This document shows, piece after piece, positions 21,161 through 29,893 of a DNA stretch of 64,000 bases (the first letter of the stretch is position 1; each line of letters opens with the position of its first letter). The position numbers were made by a program, and so were the translations under genes. This DNA is from Maricaulis sp. (GTDB lineage Bacteria; Pseudomonadota; Alphaproteobacteria; Caulobacterales; Maricaulaceae): assembly GCA_029251785.1 (NCBI GenBank), contig JAQXCQ010000126.1:13702-77701 (forward strand). The letters are read 5' to 3'. Under the pieces are notes generated by a model. The model did no database searches. It was not told where the DNA came from and saw nothing but the letters and a program-made list of their open reading frames with translations.

Positions 21161-21732
21161 ACGAGCCGCGCATCCAGCCCGTCCCGCGCGCTCGGCCATT
21201 CTTCCTTCAATATCGAGAACCAGACAGTATCTCGCCATTCGCCGCTCCAGGTTAGGATGTGACGGCGGAATGTGCCTTCTTCGGTCGCGCCCATTTTGCG
21301 CATGGCGGCCTGGGAGCGTTTATTGACGGCGGCGGTTTTCAGTTCGACACGTTCGGCGCCGTTGTCGAAGGCATTGCCGATCAGGAGACGTTTGCAGGCT
21401 GGGTTGATCTTCGAGCCGCGGACGGAAGCCTTATACCAGGTCCAGCCGATTTCCAGGCGCTTGTGGTCGGCCGATATGACCAGATAGGCAGAGTGACCGA
21501 CGTATTGATCGGACGCCTTCGAGAACACCGCGTGGGAGATCTGTTTGCCGGCGTTGGTGGCGTTCAGCATCGCATCAAACCAGGTGTCGAAATGCTCGCC
21601 ATTGCCCTGCATTGTCGTCTGCGGCCACATCGACATGTCATTGGCCAGCGGGCGCAGAGGCTCGCGATGTAGCTCGGTCAGGGGCTCGAGACGAACGATG
21701 TGATTTTCGAGGATTTGCGGCGTGATCTGCAT
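21157..21732 (-). CDS. GNAT-family N-acetyltransferase (RimJ/RimL-like)
   Basis: LEIGWTWY...INPACKRLLIGNAFDNGAERVELKTAAVNKRSQAAMRKMGATEEGTFR, typical of the Acetyltransf_3 type. GGGAG RBS before ATG 21732. Confidence 0.85.
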   Translation of the reverse strand: MQITPQILENHIVRLEPLTELHREPLRPLANDMSMWPQTTMQGNGEHFDTWFDAMLNATNAGKQISHAVFSKASDQYVGHSAYLVISADHKRLEIGWTWYKASVRGSKINPACKRLLIGNAFDNGAERVELKTAAVNKRSQAAMRKMGATEEGTFRRHILTWSGEWRDTVWFSILKEEWPSARDGLDARLV

Positions 21733-21734
21733 AC

Positions 21735-22475
21735 TCAACTCCCGGTCAATAACAGCGCTCCGCGATTCACGTAGATCAGGCCGATGCCCGTCACGATCCA
21801 TTTCGTCCAGTTACGGAATTGGATATCGGTCATTTTTTCGAGCAGGCGGGCACCCAGCGTTGTGCCGCCGATGGCCAGTGGAGCGGCAATGAGCAGAAAT
21901 TCCGGGTTCGGCAGGGCTCCAGCAGCCAGCGCGGGGGCTATGTAATAGGCGATCTTCACACCGTGGGAGATGACTTGAGTGGCGGCCTTGGTGGCGACGA
22001 TGCTGCGCCGGTCGCGTTCGGTCTGGGCGAAGAAGACATCGAGCAGGGGGCCAGAAACGCCGGCGACGGTGTTAAGACCGGTGATCAGCACGCCGGACGC
22101 GATGGCGTGGGCGGGCTTTGTGGCGTCGAGATGGATCCACCGGCGCGGCACCCAGATGACGCCCGGAACCAGTCCGAGGAGGATAAAGAGCCAGGCCTTG
22201 TCGAGTTGGAAGGCGGTGAAGAAGAGCAGGCCTGCCGCTGCCGCCGACCCCAGCAAGAATATACCGAGCAACTTCCAGTCGATCCACTTGCGCAGCAGGA
22301 TCGCGCGCCAGCCATTCGACACGGACTGTACCGCGCCATGTACAACCATCGCCGCAGAGACCGGCAGGAGCAGCGCCAGCACGCCCATCAGAATAAGACC
22401 GCCCGCCATGCCGAATACACCCGAGATAAAGGCGGTCGCAAAGACGCTGACGAGTATGGCGAGTATGGCGGTCAT
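21735..22475 (-). CDS. TauE/SafE-family (DUF81) anion exporter membrane protein
   Basis: MTAILAILVSVFATAFISGVFGMAGGLILMGVL... and repeated TM pattern characteristic of TauE/SafE. Confidence 0.88.
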   Translation of the reverse strand: MTAILAILVSVFATAFISGVFGMAGGLILMGVLALLLPVSAAMVVHGAVQSVSNGWRAILLRKWIDWKLLGIFLLGSAAAAGLLFFTAFQLDKAWLFILLGLVPGVIWVPRRWIHLDATKPAHAIASGVLITGLNTVAGVSGPLLDVFFAQTERDRRSIVATKAATQVISHGVKIAYYIAPALAAGALPNPEFLLIAAPLAIGGTTLGARLLEKMTDIQFRNWTKWIVTGIGLIYVNRGALLLTGS

Positions 22476-22491
22476 GGATGAGGTTTAGGCG

Positions 22492-22830
22492 GTGTCGGGG
22501 GCGGCGGACAAGTGGCGTGCGAGCGAGAAAATACTTGCAGAACACAAGGTGAACGGGTATTGCGATAATATGCTCGAATTTGGACCAATTATTGGACGTG
22601 CGGTGCGGTTGATTCGAAGGATGGGTACATGGGCACGACTGTGCCGGAGCAAATCTGTGCTCCAAAGTTGGGAGCAAATGACGCGAACGGCTGGTTTGGG
22701 GGCAATTGGATTGTCTTTGTTGGCGACCGGGGAGCAGGTGAACCCTATCAGTCTGGCACTCGGTGCTGTGTTTCTCACCCTAAGTACCTATTTCGCGTAT
22801 ACATTGGGAGTGATTGTCGAGAAGAAATGA
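22492..22830 (+). CDS. hypothetical small membrane protein (start uncertain; could be as short as 50 aa from ATG 22678)
   Basis: C-terminal two hydrophobic helices (AGLGAIGLSLLATG, ISLALGAVFLTLSTYFAYTLGVIV). GGGAG lies before ATG 22678. Local drop in GC. Confidence 0.35.
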   Translation: MSGAADKWRASEKILAEHKVNGYCDNMLEFGPIIGRAVRLIRRMGTWARLCRSKSVLQSWEQMTRTAGLGAIGLSLLATGEQVNPISLALGAVFLTLSTYFAYTLGVIVEKK

Positions 22831-22837
22831 GGTCGTT

Positions 22838-22966
22838 ATGGACGTAACAATTTGGCCGCTCGTCGTTTTTGCCGGATTTTCCACATTCGTGGTCATTATG
22901 GTCGCGGTTGAGCGACACCGGCAACGCAAATCGGATGTAGCTGATCTGGAAGGCGACCCGGACTGA
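22838..22966 (+). CDS. hypothetical 42-aa single-TM peptide (below ORF-track cutoff)
   Basis: MDVTIWPLVVFAGFSTFVVIMVAVERHRQRKSDVADLEGDPD; GAGG 5 nt upstream; starts 8 nt after the preceding ORF stop. Confidence 0.3.
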   Translation: MDVTIWPLVVFAGFSTFVVIMVAVERHRQRKSDVADLEGDPD

Positions 22967-22993
22967 CGGGGTTCGATTGCGGATAATTGCGGC

Positions 22994-24058
22994 CTAAGCC
23001 CCTGCCTTCTTCGCGAAGCCCCAGGCTGCTTGTGACAGCGGCTCTACCACTGCGCCCATTTCGATGCCTTTCGTGTTCGACGCATTGCCTTGCAGGGCGC
23101 GCGAATAGACGCCTTGAACGATGGAGGCGAGGCGGAAGGTGTTGAAGGCGAGGTAGAAATCCAGCGCCGGAATGCCGTCGCGATTGGTGCGTTGGCAATA
23201 GGCGGCTGTGTATTCCTCGATTGAGGGAATCCCCATTGAGGCGATGTCGACACCGAGAAAGCCGCCACGCACTTCCGGCGGCATGACCCAGCCCATGAGC
23301 TGGTAGGTGAAGTCGGCGAGCGGGTCGCCGAGGGTGGAGAGTTCCCAGTCGAGCACGGCGATGACGCGCGGCTCTGTGGGGTGAAAGATCATATTGTCGA
23401 GGCGGTAATCGCCGTGCACGACGCTGGTGCGCTCCTGCTCGGGTGCGGCGTCGGGCAACCAGTCGATGAGCTTGTCCATTGAGCTGACGGTGGTGGTTTC
23501 GGCGGCGCGGTATTGCTTGGTCCAGCGGCCGATCTGGCGCTGGAAATAATTGCCCGGCTTGCCGTAATCTCCAAGGCCGGCGGCCTCGATGTCGATGCTG
23601 TGGAGATGCGCGAGCGTCGCATTGGAGGCGTCGAAGATCTGGCCGCGCTCCTCCGGTTCCATGCCCGGAAGTAGCCCGTCCCAGAAGATACGTCCCTCGA
23701 CGAATTCCATGACGTAGAATTCGGTGCCAATGATGTCGCGATCCATGCACAAGCCATACATGATGGGCGAGGGGAAACCCGCCCCGCCCAGCGACTTCAT
23801 CACCTTGTATTCGCGATCAACGGCGTGGGCCGAGGGCAGGAGTTTACCCGGTGGCTTTCGCCGCAGTACGTAGGAACGGTCTGGCGTATCCAGCTTGTAG
23901 GTCGGGTTGGACTGGCCGCCCTTGAACTGGCTGACGGTCATCGGACCATCAAACCCGGCTACAGTTTCGTTCATCCAGGCCGCAAGGGCCGCCTCATCAA
24001 AACTCAGGGATGATGCGACATCCTTGGTCCCGGAAAAACTGTCGTCCAGATCGCTCAT
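22994..24058 (-). CDS. phosphotransferase-family (APH/choline-kinase-like) protein
   Basis: Brenner motif VVHGDYRLDNMIF, DWELS; N-terminal GGQSNPTYKL nucleotide loop. Confidence 0.88.
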   Translation of the reverse strand: MSDLDDSFSGTKDVASSLSFDEAALAAWMNETVAGFDGPMTVSQFKGGQSNPTYKLDTPDRSYVLRRKPPGKLLPSAHAVDREYKVMKSLGGAGFPSPIMYGLCMDRDIIGTEFYVMEFVEGRIFWDGLLPGMEPEERGQIFDASNATLAHLHSIDIEAAGLGDYGKPGNYFQRQIGRWTKQYRAAETTTVSSMDKLIDWLPDAAPEQERTSVVHGDYRLDNMIFHPTEPRVIAVLDWELSTLGDPLADFTYQLMGWVMPPEVRGGFLGVDIASMGIPSIEEYTAAYCQRTNRDGIPALDFYLAFNTFRLASIVQGVYSRALQGNASNTKGIEMGAVVEPLSQAAWGFAKKAGA

Positions 24059-25344
24059 TCGCTCTTGTGCACCGTCCCGCCTTGCATCACGAAATCAACG
24101 TCCATCAATTCGGCTACATCTTCAAGCGGGTTACCATCCAAAGCGATGATATCAGCGTATTTTCCCGCTTCGATCGTGCCGATGTCATCGGCCATTTCAA
24201 GGTGGGCGGAAGCGTTGATTGTCGCTGTGACGAGGGTTTCCATCGGTGTCAGCCCGGCCTCGACAAGGAGCTGGAATTCGCGAGCGTTCTGGCCGTGACG
24301 AGAGACACCGCTATCCGTGCCAAAGGCGATCATCACACCGCCATCATGCGCGCGGCGGATCATTTGCAGCATCTCCGCGCCGACTGTTATGGCCTTTTCC
24401 CGAATGGCAGGTGTCATCCAGTCAGAGGTTCGGGCGATTTCGGCAACGGTTGCACCGGCAAGGACCGTTGGGACGAGATAGACATCATTGCGGCGGAATA
24501 GGCGAATGGAGTCATTATCCAGATAGGTGCCATGCTCGATGGAGGCGCCACCGGCCTCGATGAAGGAATTGATCCCGGTCACGCCATGGGCGTGAGCGGT
24601 GACCTGACGGCCCATCATTCGGGCGGCCTCGACAATGGAGACCAGCTCATCGTCGAAAAATTGTTGCTCGGTCCCGGCGGCTGTGTTGGAGAGGACACCG
24701 CCAGTAGCCGTGATCTTGATGACATCCACGCCCGAGCGCACCAGCTCGCGCACGGCGCGGCGGCAATCATCGGGGCCGTTACAGGCCGCGCGGCTGGACA
24801 GGAGGTCCATCACGTCATTGGAATAGCCATTGATGTCGCCATGGCCGCCGGTGGGCGTAACGGCCGGGCCGGAGACGCGCATACGCGGGCCGACAACATC
24901 GCCATCCCGGATTGCATCGCGCAGGCCGACAGAGGCTTCCAAATCGCCACCAACATCCTGTACGGTCGTGAAGCCAGACATCAAAGTGGTGCGCGCGTGG
25001 CGGGCGGAGTCATAGGCGACATCCGCGGAACTCATGGTGACTGTGTTGAGCCGGCCCTGCGGGCTCAGCTCACCGCCCAGATGTACATGGCTGTCGATCA
25101 GGCCCGGCATGACGAAATCGTCGGACAGATCGATGATTGTTGCGCCGTCTGGTGTGACGAAGCCGTCCTGGATGCTCTCAATGCGATCGCCGCGGATCAG
25201 GATGGACTGGTCGCTTACCGGCTCATTGCCCGGCACAGCCAGAAGCTGACCGGCATGGATGACCGTCAGTGGCCCTTCGTCCTGCGCCAGCGCGACGGAC
25301 GACGTCAATGCGACGGCCGTCGCCATAAGGATTGATCGAAACAT
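24055..25344 (-). CDS. secreted metal-dependent amidohydrolase
   Basis: Signal MFRSILMATAVALTSSVALA; PGLIDSHVHLGG, TAHAHG, FGTDSG, and C-terminal GTIEAGKYADIIALDGNPL. The 4-nt ATGA overlap joins it to the downstream phosphotransferase gene. Confidence 0.9.
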   Translation of the reverse strand: MFRSILMATAVALTSSVALAQDEGPLTVIHAGQLLAVPGNEPVSDQSILIRGDRIESIQDGFVTPDGATIIDLSDDFVMPGLIDSHVHLGGELSPQGRLNTVTMSSADVAYDSARHARTTLMSGFTTVQDVGGDLEASVGLRDAIRDGDVVGPRMRVSGPAVTPTGGHGDINGYSNDVMDLLSSRAACNGPDDCRRAVRELVRSGVDVIKITATGGVLSNTAAGTEQQFFDDELVSIVEAARMMGRQVTAHAHGVTGINSFIEAGGASIEHGTYLDNDSIRLFRRNDVYLVPTVLAGATVAEIARTSDWMTPAIREKAITVGAEMLQMIRRAHDGGVMIAFGTDSGVSRHGQNAREFQLLVEAGLTPMETLVTATINASAHLEMADDIGTIEAGKYADIIALDGNPLEDVAELMDVDFVMQGGTVHKSE

Positions 25345-25480
25345 GTTTGCTTTCCCCGCAAGATTGTTTGCGGCGAGTGTGCGGGTTGTGCGCGGGGAGT
25401 CAAATGCTTGGGGGAATAGGGTGGGTGAAAACTGGTCGCGCACCGCGCAAAATCCACCATGAATGTCTTGCCGGAACTTC

Positions 25481-25559
25481 GCCTCATCAGATTAATCGCG
25501 TCAAGGGCGCGCAGCGCCGCTTCGCGGTTTCACCCTTGACGCGATTAATCTGATGAGGC
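25481..25559. repeat. perfect 27-bp inverted repeat with 25-nt spacer (large hairpin/cruciform element)
   Basis: GCCTCATCAGATTAATCGCGTCAAGGG (25481-25507) is the exact reverse complement of 25533-25559. Confidence 0.9.
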
Positions 25560-25619
25560 CCGCTGGCTGACAAGACAAGTATGGATGGCCCTGTGTGGGC
25601 GCACTTGTTTTTGACGGCG

Positions 25620-26897
25620 CTAGTGCGCCTTGAGCGCGCGCCAGGCGATATCCCGGCGGCAAAACCCGTCTGCCCATTCGATGTCGTCCACGGCCGCATA
25701 AACCCGATCCGCGGCATAGTGCAGGCTTTCGCCAATCGCGGTCACATTGAGCACGCGGCCACCGGCGGCAGTCACATCGCCGGCTTCATTGCGGGCAGTT
25801 CCCGCTTCAAATACCTGCACGCCGGTCATCTCATTCACCGCGTCGATGCCCGTGATGACAGAACCCTTTGCATAGCTACCGGGATAGCCTTCGGCGGCCA
25901 TCACGACCGTGATCGCCGGATCGTGTGTCCAGTCCACATCCGGCTGGGCGGCGAGGGTGCCCCGGGCGGCGGCGTCTAGCAGGGGGAGGATGTCGCTCTT
26001 GGCGCGCATCATCAGGACCTGGCATTCGGGATCACCAAAGCGGATGTTGAATTCGACGACTTTGGGGCCCTCATCAGTGACCATGATCCCGGCGAAGAGC
26101 ACGCCCTGGAAGGGTGCTCCGTCGGCGGCGAGGCCGGTGGTGACGGGCTTGATGATGGTTTCCATCACCGTCTCGATCAGTTCGGGTGTGGCGATGGGGG
26201 CGGGGGAATAGGCGCCCATGCCGCCGGTATTGAGGCCGGTATCGCCTTCGCCAACGCGCTTGTGGTCCTGGGCGGCGCCGAAGAATTTTACGTCTGTCCC
26301 GTCACACAGGGCGAAGACGGAGACTTCCTCGCCATGCATGAATTCCTCGATCACCAGGGTGGAGGAGGCATCACCGAATTTGCCGGACAGGAAGGCGTCG
26401 ATCTCCGCCTCGGCTTCTTCGCGGGTTTGCGGGATGACGACGCCCTTGCCGGCGGCGAGACCGTCGGTCTTGAGGACGTAGGGTGGCTTGAAACCGTCGA
26501 GGAAGGCTTTGGCCTTAGTCGCGTCGTCAAATACGCCATAGCGGGCAGTAGGCACGTTGTGGCGGGCGTAGAAGTCCTTGGCGAAGGCTTTGGAGGTTTC
26601 CAGCATGGCGGCGGCTTTGGACGGGCCGAAGGTGGCGATGCCGTTTTCGCGCAACATATCGGCGAGGCCGTCACAGAGCGGGTTTTCCGGGCCGACGACA
26701 ACAAGATCGACTGCCTGATCGGTGGCCAGCGTTACCAGTCCATCAAGATCGGAGACGGGCACATCAAAGCAAATGGCATTGTCTGCCATGCCTGGGCTGC
26801 CGGGGGCGGCCATCAGGGATGAGACGAGCGGGCTTTGTGCGATCTTCCAGACTAGGGCGTGTTCACGACCGCCAGAACCGATAACCAGAACCTTCAT
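25620..26897 (-). CDS. purD: phosphoribosylamine--glycine ligase
   Basis: [18 protein letters not shown]..., ATP-grasp motifs, 425 aa. Confidence 0.97.
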   Translation of the reverse strand: MKVLVIGSGGREHALVWKIAQSPLVSSLMAAPGSPGMADNAICFDVPVSDLDGLVTLATDQAVDLVVVGPENPLCDGLADMLRENGIATFGPSKAAAMLETSKAFAKDFYARHNVPTARYGVFDDATKAKAFLDGFKPPYVLKTDGLAAGKGVVIPQTREEAEAEIDAFLSGKFGDASSTLVIEEFMHGEEVSVFALCDGTDVKFFGAAQDHKRVGEGDTGLNTGGMGAYSPAPIATPELIETVMETIIKPVTTGLAADGAPFQGVLFAGIMVTDEGPKVVEFNIRFGDPECQVLMMRAKSDILPLLDAAARGTLAAQPDVDWTHDPAITVVMAAEGYPGSYAKGSVITGIDAVNEMTGVQVFEAGTARNEAGDVTAAGGRVLNVTAIGESLHYAADRVYAAVDDIEWADGFCRRDIAWRALKAH

Positions 26898-27016
26898 GTC
26901 AGAACCTTCTCAAGCGCTTCGCAGGACCATTTTCGGCCTGACTAACCTAAACCTTTCCACGCTGCGAGTCCCGTGCTGCGTTGCGCGGTGGATCGATGCA
27001 GCCTAGGTAAGGGTTG

Positions 27017-28453
27017 ATGAGCGATACCAGCAGCAATACACCCGAATATACCGTCACCGAACTGGCCACCGGCGTGAAGCGCACGGTCGAGGATGCGTTT
27101 GGACATGTGCGGGTGCGCGGGGAGCTGGGGCGGGTTGTCGTGGCCAAGTCCGGGCATGTGTATTTCGACATCAAGGATGAGAAATCTGTCATTAATTCCA
27201 TAGCCTGGAAGGGCACGGCCTCGCGTTTCCGCTTCAAGCCGGAAGAAGGTCTGGAAGTGGTGATTGAGGGCCGGATGTCGACCTATCCGGGGCGCTCGCA
27301 ATACCAGCTGATCGTGGAAACCATGGAGCCTGCCGGCGCTGGCGCACTGATGGCTCTGCTCGATGAGCGCAAGAAAAAATTGGCGGGCGAGGGTCTGTTT
27401 GATCCCGACCGCAAGAAGAAGCTACCCTTCCTGCCGCGCACAATCGCCGTCGTGACCTCGCCGACCGGCGCGGTGATTCGTGATATTTTGCACCGCCTGC
27501 GAGATCGCTTTCCGCGACATGTCCTGTTGTGGCCGGTGCTGGTGCAGGGCGAGAAAGCTGCAGCGCAGATTGCCGAGGCGATCGAAGGTTTCAACGCCTT
27601 GCCCGCTGATGGTGCGGTGCCGCGGCCGGATTTGATTATCGTGGCGCGTGGCGGCGGCTCGATCGAGGATTTGTGGGCCTTCAATGAAGAGATCGTGGTG
27701 CGGGCTACAGCCGCGTCCGACATCCCGCTGATCTCGGCCGTGGGCCATGAGACTGATACGACGCTGATCGACTTTGCCTCCGACCGTCGCTCGCCGACAC
27801 CGACCGGTGCGGCCGAGATGGCCGTACCTGTGCGGGCCGAGTTGAAGGCAGATATCGAGACGCTGGGCGGGCGACTGGTCGCGGCCCTGTCGCGCCTGAT
27901 TGAACGCCGCCGGACTGAATTGCGTGCCGCTGCTAGCGCCCTGCCGCGCCCGGCCTCGCTGATGGAATTGAAGCGCCAGCGCTTTGATCTGGTGGCTGAA
28001 AAGCTTGATGCGGCGCTGCTGGGCAATGTGGCGGTGAAGCGCTCTAGTTTGCTTGTACTGGGCGCTGGCTTGAAGCCGGTGGCGCTGGGGCGGGATATTT
28101 CGGCCAAGCGTGAGCGGCTGGTCGATCGCATGCGTCGGCTCGATATGGCCTCGACACGTGCAATGGCTGACCGCAAGTCGCGGCTGGAGCAATGGGGTGC
28201 CCGGCTCAACTCGCTTAGTCATGAGGCGGCCTTGAAGCGCGGCTTTGCGCTGGTGCGTGATGATGCCGGCAAGCTGGTGCGTCAGGGCGCGGCGTTGGCT
28301 TCGGGTGCGTCTGTCGAGCTGGAATTTGCCGATACACGTCGTGGTGCGGTGATTGACGGAACGGCAGGTGCGGTGCCGCGCAAACCGGTAAAGGCAAAGC
28401 CGAAAGCGAAGAAGGCAAAAGCGCCTGCAGCCGGGCAGGGTACACTGTTCTAG
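27017..28453 (+). CDS. xseA: exodeoxyribonuclease VII large subunit
   Basis: N-terminal OB fold (YTVTELATGVKRTVEDAFGHVRVRGELG), catalytic region ARGGGSIEDLWAFNEE, ISAVGHETD; coiled-coil C-terminus. Confidence 0.95.
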   Translation: MSDTSSNTPEYTVTELATGVKRTVEDAFGHVRVRGELGRVVVAKSGHVYFDIKDEKSVINSIAWKGTASRFRFKPEEGLEVVIEGRMSTYPGRSQYQLIVETMEPAGAGALMALLDERKKKLAGEGLFDPDRKKKLPFLPRTIAVVTSPTGAVIRDILHRLRDRFPRHVLLWPVLVQGEKAAAQIAEAIEGFNALPADGAVPRPDLIIVARGGGSIEDLWAFNEEIVVRATAASDIPLISAVGHETDTTLIDFASDRRSPTPTGAAEMAVPVRAELKADIETLGGRLVAALSRLIERRRTELRAAASALPRPASLMELKRQRFDLVAEKLDAALLGNVAVKRSSLLVLGAGLKPVALGRDISAKRERLVDRMRRLDMASTRAMADRKSRLEQWGARLNSLSHEAALKRGFALVRDDAGKLVRQGAALASGASVELEFADTRRGAVIDGTAGAVPRKPVKAKPKAKKAKAPAAGQGTLF

Positions 28454-28466
28454 CCATTTATTAAAA

Positions 28467-28547
28467 CGTCATCCCAGCGAAAGCTGGGACCCAGATTCCA
28501 CGCACGACCGCTTTTCGATCTGGGTACCAGCTTTCGCTGACATGACG
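28467..28547. repeat. imperfect 30-bp inverted repeat element of the CGTCATCCC...GGGATGACG type, with internal mini-hairpins
   Basis: CGTCATCCCAGCGAAAGCTGGGACCCAGAT / ATCTGGGTACCAGCTTTCGCTGACATGACG (3 mismatches), 21-nt spacer. Each arm contains CCCAGC-GAAA-GCTGGG-type self-complementarity. Confidence 0.8.
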
Positions 28548-28605
28548 TGAAAATTGATCGGCCAGTGCCATTCCCTCGCCGAAATTCCCCTGCTAGACTC
28601 AGCCC

Positions 28606-28842
28606 ATGAAATCTCCAGAAAATCCCTTCGATGCCGAGTTTAGTGGTGAGGCCATTCTTGAGTATGGCGATGCCGATTTTATCATTCTCAAGCCGGGTGC
28701 CTATGTGAAGTGCGCGGTGACCGGTGATGAATTGCCGATCGCCACGCTGCGCTATTGGAATGCCGACGAGCAGGAAGCCTATCGTGATGCCGGTGCAGCC
28801 GGACAGCGTTGGAAGGAATTGCACGCGGAGCCCGGCGAGTGA
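28606..28842 (+). CDS. small conserved protein (DUF2093-like by recollection)
   Basis: 78 aa; GAYVKCAVTGDELPIATLRYWNADEQEAYRDA matches my memory of the DUF2093 core. Coding-like GC3. Confidence 0.65.
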   Translation: MKSPENPFDAEFSGEAILEYGDADFIILKPGAYVKCAVTGDELPIATLRYWNADEQEAYRDAGAAGQRWKELHAEPGE

Positions 28843-29732
28843 TTGCGCTGCTGGCAGCTCTTCTGGTGCAGACGGCGGAGGCGGATCCGATCGGGGATTT
28901 GATTGCGTCGCAAGCGCCTGCGGCGGAGGCGATGAGTGATGATGTTACATCACGAATTCCGTCTACCGCGTCGTATTTTTGTCGAGGCGAATTTGTCCAA
29001 GGTGGAGTCGTCCTCTGCAATCACCCATTGGAGGAGATTACTTTCTCGCTTGGCGGCAGCGAAGGCAGCGCTCAGGCAGGCGATTGGGTCATTCTGGGCA
29101 TTCATCGAGACGCTTCTGAGGAATTGGAATTTGGCGTGGGCTCCACACGGCTAATGCAGCCGATCACCCAGCGCGAATACAACATCCAGACTGTTACAGG
29201 CGTGCCGCAACGCACCGTAACCCCAGACGAATCCACACTTCCTCGTCGTCAGCGCGAATACGCGCAGAAGCAGGCGGCGTTCAATTCGACCTGGGATGGG
29301 CAGGGCTTCTTGGACGGCTTTATTGCGCCGGCCGAGGGGATCACGACCGGCGTCTATGGTTCGCAACGCGTCTATAATGGTACGCCGGGCAATCCGCACT
29401 GGGGGCTGGACTGGGCCAATGATGTCGGCACGCCGATCGTCGCGCCCGCGGGTGGTCTGGTGACGCTGGCCGAGGCGGATATGTTCTATGAGGGTGGTCT
29501 GATTTTTATCGACCATGGCCAGGGTCTGGTCAGTGCCTTCCTGCATATGAGCGCCGTGCATGTTTCTGAAGGCGACATTGTTACGCAAGGCCAACTGATC
29601 GGCGAGATCGGTGCCGGTGGCCGAGCCACGGGCGCGCATCTGGACTGGCGCGTGAAGCTGCGCAACGGATTTTATGTGGATCCGGCTTTGTTGATGGAGC
29701 TGGATGTGAGCGGGTTGCGGGACGCGGAATAA
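28839..29732 (+). CDS. M23-family (LytM-type) metalloendopeptidase, secreted
   Basis: HWGLDWA..GTPIVAPAGG...IDHGQGLVSAFLHMS...GRATGAHLDW (HxxxD and HxH motifs). GTG 28839 overlaps the upstream stop (GTGA) and gives signal IALLAALLVQTAEA; the start is uncertain. Confidence 0.85.
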   Translation: MIALLAALLVQTAEADPIGDLIASQAPAAEAMSDDVTSRIPSTASYFCRGEFVQGGVVLCNHPLEEITFSLGGSEGSAQAGDWVILGIHRDASEELEFGVGSTRLMQPITQREYNIQTVTGVPQRTVTPDESTLPRRQREYAQKQAAFNSTWDGQGFLDGFIAPAEGITTGVYGSQRVYNGTPGNPHWGLDWANDVGTPIVAPAGGLVTLAEADMFYEGGLIFIDHGQGLVSAFLHMSAVHVSEGDIVTQGQLIGEIGAGGRATGAHLDWRVKLRNGFYVDPALLMELDVSGLRDAE

Positions 29733-29745
29733 GTTAGGCAAGTAC

Positions 29746-29887
29746 GACTCTTCTTCTCCCCTTGAGGGAGAAGGTGCCCGGAGGGCGGATGAGGGGGCTG
29801 TAGCCTCACATCGCGCCCGCGGAGACTAACCCCTCATCGACCGCGCCTGCGGCGCGCCCACTTCTCCCTCAAGGGGAGAAGAAGAGT
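29746..29887. repeat. 142-bp nested palindromic element (perfect 27-bp terminal inverted repeats)
   Basis: ACTCTTCTTCTCCCCTTGAGGGAGAAG (29746-29772) is the exact reverse complement of 29861-29887. Inner GATGAGGGG/CCCCTCATC pair. Lies between convergent M23 and lpxL-like genes. Confidence 0.9.
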
Positions 29888-29893
29888 GTTTCT

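Noticed and set aside
22896-23750. 284-aa minus-strand ORF, out of frame within the phosphotransferase gene
   Set aside because: Arg/His/Pro-rich frame-shifted shadow. The 22994..24058 frame carries the HGDxxxxN kinase motif.
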